The notes under the pieces: model-generated
Databases searched by the model: none
What the model was told of the DNA's origin: nothing
What the model saw: only the letters and a program-made list of their open reading frames with translations
Part shown: positions 57,494 through 64,000 of the stretch, piece after piece
Numbering within the stretch: position 1 is the stretch's first letter
Layout of the letters: the number at the start of each line of letters is the position of its first letter
Position numbers and translations under genes: made by a program
IMG/VR virus record: IMGVR_UViG_3300032046_003126
Location: 23,182 to 87,181 of that record
DNA: 64,000 nucleotides
Reading direction: 5' to 3' (one strand)
Source: a virus

Positions 57494-57527
57494 TAGACTC
57501 TTTCAAATATAGATTAAATATTACTCT

Positions 57528-59459
57528 TCATTCATATAAAACTTTTTGTTTTATATTGTTTTTTCTTTCAACAGACTCCAACATTTTCATTTCAATGGAA
57601 TCATTAGCGATCAAGTGATGAACATGTGTCTCGTTTTTTTGCCCAATTCTAGATATTCTGGCAATACGTTGTTTTGTTTGAGCAGGATTCCAGCCAACTT
57701 CTAAAAGAATGGCTATGTTGCTTGCTTGCTGCAAACCGTCCAAGCCAACTCCACCCGCACCAGATAGAAAGATTATTTTACAATCTGGATTATTTGTGAA
57801 CTCTGATACTGCCTTTACTCTTTGTTTTGCGTTCTGTTCACCAGTAAATAAAACCGAATTTATATTATGTTTTTTAACAGTTTCTTCTTGAAAAATTTTC
57901 AAGACTTCAACAAAATCAGAAAAAACAACAATTTTTTTATTTTCTTCAACACAGTACTTGTCAACAAGTTCTATAAATCTATCTAGTTTAGCTGAAGAAC
58001 CTGTGTAGTAGTCATCAAACAATTTTCTAGAAATTGTGCTTTGTCTTGCCTTCAACATAAATGCTTGTAGTTTTATTTTTTCTATTGGGCTTAGAGGCTT
58101 TGACATTCCCTTTGATTGTAATATTTTTGCTTGCTCATAATTGTCATCATGAATAGCTTTTTCTTCTTTTGTTAATTCAACCATTTCGTCATGTTCTATT
58201 AGTGGAGGCAGCGAAAGATTATCGAAAGAAAATATACTACATTTCAATTTATCTTTTAATTTATCTACGTTTTTAACGCCGCCATATATTATGTGGTGTT
58301 CATTAAATGTTAAGATATTTTGAAATTGTGAATCAAATTTCCATTTTGGACCAAGAAATTTTGGATTAATAATGTTCATCACATTGTATAAGTCATCTAG
58401 TTTGTTTTCTATTATTGTACCACTTAATCCAAGCATATATTCTGTTTTAAGCTTAGATATTGCTTTCCATGCAAGTGTTTGTTTGTTTTTAACATATTGC
58501 ATTTCATCACAAATAATCATATCATATTGAATATGTTTTATTGAATCCACTGATTTTGCTAGAAGCTGATATGTTATTATTCCTATGTTTGGTTTAGAGG
58601 AAGTATAATCGACTATATCTTTTTGATTATCTAACAACACACTATCTCTGTTAGTTCTCACAGCAAATTCTTTTTTCCATTGCGCTTTCAGTGACTTTGG
58701 GCAAATGATCAATAATTTTAGATCTTTTTCTAGGATTTTGGTAAGACTTTCATAAGAAGCTATGGCACAAATCGTCTTCCCAGCCCCCATCTGCATGGAC
58801 ATAATTGCTTTTTTTGCCGCAATCATTTTTTTAAAAATGTCTTCTTGGTAGTCATATAAATTTGTATTGATTAATAATCCATTAGAATTAATGCCTAAAT
58901 CTATCAAGGCATCTAATCTTTCTTTATATTCTTCTTCGAAATTTTTATTTTTATAATGATTTATATTTATTGATTCTTTTACAGAGTCACCTTCGCCAAC
59001 AACAATAAGTTTTTGATTTTTTGGGTCAAATATTTTTAGTTTGTTACCGACATATTCTTCTATTGTTTCCGGTAGGAGTAATCTTTTAGAAGAGAATAAA
59101 TCAATCCATGTTTTGTTAAGAGTTTTTATTTCATTGTCTCTTAATATTCTATTAAACACAGCTACATGATCACAATAGTTTAGTTGAGAATCATTAAATA
59201 AAGAACAACTACAAACAATAAGAGACATTTTTTTTGTAAAGATCTGAACTACATTTCTTTTTTTTGCACCATCTACTATTTGTATTTCTAAAAAACTCTT
59301 TTCGGATTCGTTTATTTTTAATTCATATTTTTTATTAAATGAATAATACAAATATTTTCTTAATTCCAACTGAACAGGATTATTTATTACAGGGAAAACT
59401 TCCTTTATAATCTTGTTTGTTTTTTCTTTAGAAGTTTCATTTAATTTTAGGACAGTCAT
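57528..59459 (-). CDS. SNF2-family helicase with SWIM zinc finger
   Basis: CSC...CDH SWIM; LYDYQ, MGAGKT, ICPKSL..QW..E, CDEMQ, LSGT, GGVGLD, WNP...QRIARISRIGQ. Confidence 0.88.
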   Translation of the reverse strand: MTVLKLNETSKEKTNKIIKEVFPVINNPVQLELRKYLYYSFNKKYELKINESEKSFLEIQIVDGAKKRNVVQIFTKKMSLIVCSCSLFNDSQLNYCDHVAVFNRILRDNEIKTLNKTWIDLFSSKRLLLPETIEEYVGNKLKIFDPKNQKLIVVGEGDSVKESININHYKNKNFEEEYKERLDALIDLGINSNGLLINTNLYDYQEDIFKKMIAAKKAIMSMQMGAGKTICAIASYESLTKILEKDLKLLIICPKSLKAQWKKEFAVRTNRDSVLLDNQKDIVDYTSSKPNIGIITYQLLAKSVDSIKHIQYDMIICDEMQYVKNKQTLAWKAISKLKTEYMLGLSGTIIENKLDDLYNVMNIINPKFLGPKWKFDSQFQNILTFNEHHIIYGGVKNVDKLKDKLKCSIFSFDNLSLPPLIEHDEMVELTKEEKAIHDDNYEQAKILQSKGMSKPLSPIEKIKLQAFMLKARQSTISRKLFDDYYTGSSAKLDRFIELVDKYCVEENKKIVVFSDFVEVLKIFQEETVKKHNINSVLFTGEQNAKQRVKAVSEFTNNPDCKIIFLSGAGGVGLDGLQQASNIAILLEVGWNPAQTKQRIARISRIGQKNETHVHHLIANDSIEMKMLESVERKNNIKQKVLYE

Positions 59460-59522
59460 TAATATAATTTATCATAAATTAAGCAGTTTTAAACAGGTTT
59501 GAATGTTCTTTAAAATTTTCGT

Positions 59523-59550
59523 TTGAAAGTTGTTTTGAGTGTGCTATAGT
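59523..59550 (+). promoter_or_regulatory. Sigma70-like promoter with extended -10
   Basis: TTGAAA-16 nt-TATAGT with TG one base before the -10; upstream of infA. Confidence 0.55.
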
Positions 59551-59635
59551 AGTAACTGAGCAACAAAGTTAATTATATTATACGGATAAATTATATTTGT
59601 GTTGATTTAATACATTATATTAAAAAGGAGAAATA

Positions 59636-59854
59636 ATGTCAAAAGAAGAAATGAAACATGTTGAAATGATTGGTGTTGTTGTAGAATCTAATTCTGGTAT
59701 TTTTAAAGTAAAACTAGAAGGCGGCAATATAATTACTGCGAGGCCATGTGGTAAGATTAGAAAAAATAAAATAAACGTGGTTGTAGGAGATAGAGTAAAA
59801 GTTTCTTTGTCGCCGTATGATCTAACTAATGGAATGATTAAAGTTAGATTATAA
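59636..59854 (+). CDS. infA: Translation initiation factor IF-1
   Basis: MSKEE..EM.G.V.E...FKVKL.GG..I.A...GKIRKNKI.VVVGDRVKV.LSPYDLT.G.I..R; AAGGAG SD. Confidence 0.93.
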   Translation: MSKEEMKHVEMIGVVVESNSGIFKVKLEGGNIITARPCGKIRKNKINVVVGDRVKVSLSPYDLTNGMIKVRL

Positions 59855-59863
59855 ATAAATTTA

Positions 59864-59954
59864 GGAAAATTGTGTGAGTGGTCCAAACAATCTGTTTGCT
59901 AAACAGAAGGTCGTTTAAAAAAACGACCCAAAGGTTCGAATCCTTTATTTTCCG
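59864..59954 (+). tRNA. tRNA-Ser(GCU)
   Basis: GGAAAAT/ATTTTCC acceptor, TCTGT-TTGCTAA-ACAGA, long variable arm GGTCGTTT...AAACGACC, TTCGAAT T-loop; CCA not encoded. Confidence 0.9.
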
Positions 59955-59979
59955 CAATAATTAAGTCGTAAGGTTTTTC

Positions 59980-60237
59980 ATGATAAAAATAAATTCAAAT
60001 AGTTCATTTAAAAGAAAATTCTCCAAAGGAGAGGTTCTTAATATAAAGCCTGGTTATTATTATTCTTGGATAACTTGGATGTTGGAAAAAGGACTTAGTA
60101 ATCAACAAAAACCATTACTTGTTAATGAAAAAACATTATGCAAGTTTGTTAAAAACAGCCCTGAAGGACCATCTTTTAAGATTGTGGAACTTCCTACTGG
60201 AGAACAAATAGAAGTGCCCACAGCGCATATCAAATAA
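59980..60237 (+). CDS. Hypothetical protein
   Basis: 85-aa ORF with AAGG SD. Confidence 0.45.
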   Translation: MIKINSNSSFKRKFSKGEVLNIKPGYYYSWITWMLEKGLSNQQKPLLVNEKTLCKFVKNSPEGPSFKIVELPTGEQIEVPTAHIK

Positions 60238-60268
60238 TTAAAATATACTTACTGATAAGAGGTCTAAA

Positions 60269-60622
60269 ATGTCAGTAAAGTATTTTAAGGAAGGAACTAG
60301 ATGTTTTGTGGTTTATGACAACAATGTAATAGACATTACAGATATTATTGAAGAAGAAATCCAAACTAGAGAAAATGTTAATAAATTATTAAAAGAATAT
60401 TTTAAAGATTTTTCTAATGAACAGATGCATGATTTCTATACCTTAAAAGTTAGACATAATACAATGAAAAAATATTATGTTGATATTATTAATAAATCAG
60501 AAAAATTTTCTAATGAATGGTTTAAAGGTTCCAATTGTCATGGTTCTGCTTTGACATTAAAAAATAGTTTGATTATATCTAAAAAATGGTTAGAACAATT
60601 AGATAAAGAACAAAAAAAATAA
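60269..60622 (+). CDS. Hypothetical protein
   Basis: 117-aa ORF with GAGG SD. Confidence 0.5.
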   Translation: MSVKYFKEGTRCFVVYDNNVIDITDIIEEEIQTRENVNKLLKEYFKDFSNEQMHDFYTLKVRHNTMKKYYVDIINKSEKFSNEWFKGSNCHGSALTLKNSLIISKKWLEQLDKEQKK

Positions 60623-60657
60623 ACATTTTTATAAATTAAATTTAATAATATTAAAAG

Positions 60658-61056
60658 ATGAATATAAAAGATAACTGCAATGAGTACGCATCTGATATTA
60701 TTGACGATATTAAGTTAAGAATTTTTACATATAAAAAAATAGTTGATGAGATTAATAAAATATTAAATTCTTCATCAACAATAGATAATATAAAAGACGA
60801 AGACAATCTTATTGCTATTGCTCCTTATATTAACAATGAATATAAAATATTAAATCAAGAAAAAGAAGAACATAATTTCTTGTATGTTCTTGAACAATAT
60901 GAAGAATGGCTTAATGTAATTTGTTTTTGTGTTGTAACAAATCAAAAAGATATTTCTATTAATAAAAAACTAAAACAACACTGGATCTCGAACTGCGAGA
61001 TTTGTTTGACAATTTATAAACCAATACTTGAGTTTTTCAAACAAAAACAAAATTAG
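60658..61056 (+). CDS. Hypothetical protein
   Basis: 132-aa ORF. Confidence 0.45.
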   Translation: MNIKDNCNEYASDIIDDIKLRIFTYKKIVDEINKILNSSSTIDNIKDEDNLIAIAPYINNEYKILNQEKEEHNFLYVLEQYEEWLNVICFCVVTNQKDISINKKLKQHWISNCEICLTIYKPILEFFKQKQN

Positions 61057-61060
61057 TTCA

Positions 61061-61489
61061 TCATCCTAGACCAGAGCCACTACCTGGAGTGCTAGGTAAT
61101 CCATAGGAAAGCTCTAGAGAGCCACTAGCAGCCGAGCCGGTGAGTGTTGGATATGAGACGTATTCAATTCCAGTCAGGCCCGCTAGCAAACTGTAAGCAG
61201 CTGTTCCGCCTACCCCCATAACAAATAATTTATTTGTTTTTATATTTATATCAATAGCCTTGGTTGTTGGCAACTCATATCTATTTGTTCCCAGTGTTCC
61301 ATTTCTTGTAAATCCAAATACTAATGTATTTCCGCTGTTATTTTGCAAATATATATGCGAAGTAACATAAGGAAAACTTATTAATTGTGGTGTTGTGATT
61401 GGCGCAACAGAAGCAGTAACCCAAGGCCAACCTGCTGCTTGATACTCTGCTACATTTCCTATTCCTGATTTACTGTTGTTGAAGGTCAT
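61061..61489 (-). CDS. Probable small virion structural protein
   Basis: GIGNVAEYQAAGWPWVTAS...ISFPYVT...LAGLTGI...LTGS; beta-rich with S/T-G/A-S motifs like the structural operon. Confidence 0.5.
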   Translation of the reverse strand: MTFNNSKSGIGNVAEYQAAGWPWVTASVAPITTPQLISFPYVTSHIYLQNNSGNTLVFGFTRNGTLGTNRYELPTTKAIDINIKTNKLFVMGVGGTAAYSLLAGLTGIEYVSYPTLTGSAASGSLELSYGLPSTPGSGSGLG

Positions 61490-61504
61490 TTATAAACTCC
61501 GATA

Positions 61505-61521
61505 ATACTTATGTTAAGTAT
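61505..61521. promoter_or_regulatory. Inverted ATACTTA pair (candidate divergent late promoters)
   Basis: ATACTTA-tgt-TAAGTAT between divergent genes starting at 61489 (-) and 61542 (+). Confidence 0.45.
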
Positions 61522-61541
61522 CACCGTAAGGCAAAAAATAT

Positions 61542-62060
61542 ATGTTAGAAATCACAAACAACATTCAAACTGATAGATTGTTTAATAATTTAAGAGATTT
61601 GTTTCAATCAAGCAAATATAGCGAACTAGGTATAATCTTATCTTCAATACATGGTTTATCACTACTTCACCATAGCCATCACTGGAAAACAAAAGGAACT
61701 ATATTTTTTTCCGATCATCTTTTATTTGAAAGATTATATACTTCTGTTGAAGAAGATTTTGATGGAATTGCAGAGCGTATCCTTGGGCTTGATGACCAAG
61801 GAGGCACTGATATAGTTGATATGACAAAAATTCTCTCCGGTGCTTATAAATTCAATAAGCTTATAAGAGAATATGCTTTTAGTGATGAATATGCTGTTGT
61901 TTCCTTAGAAGCAGAGAAATTCTTCTTAGACTGCTTGGAAGTTTGTATGGACAGTCTTGAACAAAAAGGTTTATTAAGTCGTGGATTAGAGCAAATGTTG
62001 GGAAACATTGCTGATAAACATGAAGGACTAATTTATTTGTTAAAACAAAGAATCAAATGA
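61542..62060 (+). CDS. Dps/ferritin-like protein
   Basis: HHWKTKG..FFSDHLLFERLY...D.IAERI ferroxidase pattern. Confidence 0.8.
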   Translation: MLEITNNIQTDRLFNNLRDLFQSSKYSELGIILSSIHGLSLLHHSHHWKTKGTIFFSDHLLFERLYTSVEEDFDGIAERILGLDDQGGTDIVDMTKILSGAYKFNKLIREYAFSDEYAVVSLEAEKFFLDCLEVCMDSLEQKGLLSRGLEQMLGNIADKHEGLIYLLKQRIK

Positions 62061-62424
62061 TTTTTAGTGCGTCGCCTAATAACCATGCGGTTCCTTGATA
62101 TTGGTCAAGTTGTACCGGATATACATTAATTAAATCTGTTCCAAGTGGCGCAGGCATGTCTTTGTATTCAACAAATTGAACACGATTTCCTCTAACCGAT
62201 GGTCCTATCATTGTGCCGGTAGAACCAGATTTTACTCCTCCTACACGTTCAAATAATGCTCCACCATTTGACTCTAATATAAATTGTCCATGTTGGTCTG
62301 TTTTTGGTCTATATACAATAATCATATCTTGACCGTGATGTTGTTCAAACAACGTGCTTCCATTTACTGGTTTTACTAAAATTCTCTGATTAATCATTAT
62401 TATTCCTCGTTTGTTATTACGCAA
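62053..62424 (-). CDS. Hypothetical protein
   Basis: ~115-123-aa ORF directly downstream of GroEL. Confidence 0.5.
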   Translation of the reverse strand: MRNNKRGIIMINQRILVKPVNGSTLFEQHHGQDMIIVYRPKTDQHGQFILESNGGALFERVGGVKSGSTGTMIGPSVRGNRVQFVEYKDMPAPLGTDLINVYPVQLDQYQGTAWLLGDALKII

Positions 62425-64000
62425 TTACATGTTAACATAAGACCAACAACAGAAACAGCGTGTTCCAAGGCTAGTCTTGTGACTTTTACCGGATCAATAA
62501 CGCCTGTCTGAATGAGATTTTCATAAACATGACTATAAGCGTTATATCCTATTATTTTTCTAAAATAATGTTCTTTGGAAAATGGATTTTCCCAATGAAA
62601 AGATTTACCTTTAAAATCAGAAAATTTCATTTTAACAAAAGTTTCCTTATATGTTTTACTATTTTCTAAATTTAAATAATTTATAACAACATCTGATGAT
62701 TTACCTGTATTGTTTATAATTGTTTTAAGTGGTTGAGCACATGCATCAATTACGATTTGTATTCCTGCAACTTGATCTTGTGTAAGTTGATTAAAATAAT
62801 TTTTCTTTAATAACTCGGTCAAGTGATATGAAGCAAAATACAAAGCAGTTCCTCCACCTGGAACTATTCCTTCTTGTATAGCAGCAATAGTAGCATTTAA
62901 AGCATCATCTACTCGATCTTTTTTTTCTAAAATTTCTACCTCGGTACTGCCACCAACTTTTATAACAGCTATTCCTCCGCTTAATTTTGCTAATCTTTCT
63001 CTATAACGATTAATGTGTAATTCATCTAATGTTTTATCGTTTTCTAATAAACTTCTTAGATTATCAATTTTACTATTAACAGCATTGTTTTTTTCACTGT
63101 CCTTGTTGCCAATGATTGTTGTGCTGTTTCTTCCTATTATAACCTTTTTACAAGAACCAATATGATTTGGTTTTAAACTTTTAAGGGAGGCGTCTGATGA
63201 TGAGCCAATTACTTCTCCACCAGTTATTGTACATATATCTTGTAAAATATCAACCCTATGTTCTCCATAACTTGGAGCTTTTATTACACAAACATTTACA
63301 ACACCTTTCATTTTATTTACTATACAAGTATGAAGTGCCTCTGCTTCAATATCATCGCAAATAATTAATAATGGTTTATTTGCTTTTTGTGATATTTCGA
63401 GAGCAGGAACTATGTCTGAGATTGATGTTACCTTTTGAGTTGTTAGTAACACAAAAGGATCTAGATATTCACAAGTTAACTTTTCGCCATTTGTTACAAA
63501 ATAAGGAGAAACGTAGCCACTAGAAAGTTGCATTCCTTCCATTATTTCAAGAGATGTCTTAACGCTTTTTGCTGGTTCAACTGTTATAATGCCATCTTTG
63601 CCGACAGCTTGAATTGCTTTATTTATCAATTCTCCTATCTCTTTATCTCCGTTTGAAGATATTGTTCCGATATTAATAATATCTTCGTTTTTTTCAATAG
63701 GCACACATCCTTTTTTTAAAAAGGATAAAACCATTTCTTTGGCTAAATCCATGCCATATTTTATTTCTATAGCAGAACGACCAGTCATAATCATCTTAAT
63801 GCCGCTACTAAGCAATTCGTAACCTAATACGGTAGCCGTAGTTGTACCGTCTCCCGCTAATTCGTTTGTTTTACTAGCTACTTCTTTTATTAATTCTGCG
63901 CCAACAGCAGGAAGTTTTTCTCTTAAATTAATAGAACGAGCAACTGTTACCCCGTCTTTTGTTATGATTGGCGAACTTTGCCCAGAGTCTATTATTACAT
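62400..64000 (-). CDS. groL: Chaperonin GroEL (5' partial, starts beyond the window)
   Basis: Frame open to the window edge: ITKDGVTVAR, AGDGTTTATVL, GYVSPYF, ERLAKLSGG, EKKDRVDDAL, VPGGG, IDPVKV. Confidence 0.95.
   Translation of the reverse strand, partial: VIIDSGQSSPIITKDGVTVARSINLREKLPAVGAELIKEVASKTNELAGDGTTTATVLGYELLSSGIKMIMTGRSAIEIKYGMDLAKEMVLSFLKKGCVPIEKNEDIINIGTISSNGDKEIGELINKAIQAVGKDGIITVEPAKSVKTSLEIMEGMQLSSGYVSPYFVTNGEKLTCEYLDPFVLLTTQKVTSISDIVPALEISQKANKPLLIICDDIEAEALHTCIVNKMKGVVNVCVIKAPSYGEHRVDILQDICTITGGEVIGSSSDASLKSLKPNHIGSCKKVIIGRNSTTIIGNKDSEKNNAVNSKIDNLRSLLENDKTLDELHINRYRERLAKLSGGIAVIKVGGSTEVEILEKKDRVDDALNATIAAIQEGIVPGGGTALYFASYHLTELLKKNYFNQLTQDQVAGIQIVIDACAQPLKTIINNTGKSSDVVINYLNLENSKTYKETFVKMKFSDFKGKSFHWENPFSKEHYFRKIIGYNAYSHVYENLIQTGVIDPVKVTRLALEHAVSVVGLMLTCNCVITNEE

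Noticed and set aside
1031-59886. Many short antisense or nested ORFs in the ORF track (e.g. 4114-4380, 14988-15341, 38750-39136, 45384-45620, 59620-59886)
   Set aside because: They are shadows of well-supported genes or tRNAs and have no recognisable motifs
1-64000. Alternative genetic code (stop-codon reassignment)
   Set aside because: Long conserved genes translate intact and tile the window with the standard code; TAA, TAG and TGA all occur at plausible gene ends
51342-64000. Host chromosomal DNA (prophage boundary), suggested by pil genes, infA and groL
   Set aside because: These genes are interspersed with phage-type leader-family and structural genes, show similar AT bias and lack their normal bacterial operon neighbours

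Overview
AT-rich, densely coding fragment of a jumbo/huge tailed phage genome (myovirus-like; the standard genetic code reads well). 1-28 kb: + strand baseplate/tail structural operon (spike-like protein, gp25-like, gp6/BplJ-like, LamG and FN3-like proteins, tail-collar-like paralogues), interrupted by a free-standing Vsr-like endonuclease and a small HExxH gene. 28-40 kb: gp4-like head-completion nuclease, RuvC-like resolvase, primase, a fused Mre11-Rad50 (SbcD-SbcC), a degenerate terminase-ATPase paralogue and a fractured terminase large subunit gene. TerL is cut at Walker B by an atypically split intein (33-aa IntN / 126-aa IntC) with a homing endonuclease gene between the halves, and carries a second contiguous intein only 19 residues further on. 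40-64 kb: accessory region with sigma70-like promoters, two ATP-grasp proteins, Pth2, a DEDDh exonuclease, amidase, thyA, folA, three tRNAs plus an anticodon-less tRNA minihelix, a family of proteins sharing an N-terminal 'QL++IIKEEL' leader (cargo includes ADP-ribosyltransferase-like, Cys-His-Asp and HAD domains), a phage-borne type IV pilus PilX-PilY1 pair, SWIM-SNF2 helicase, IF-1, Dps-like ferritin and a partial GroEL. All calls come from reading motifs by eye; no database searches were run.
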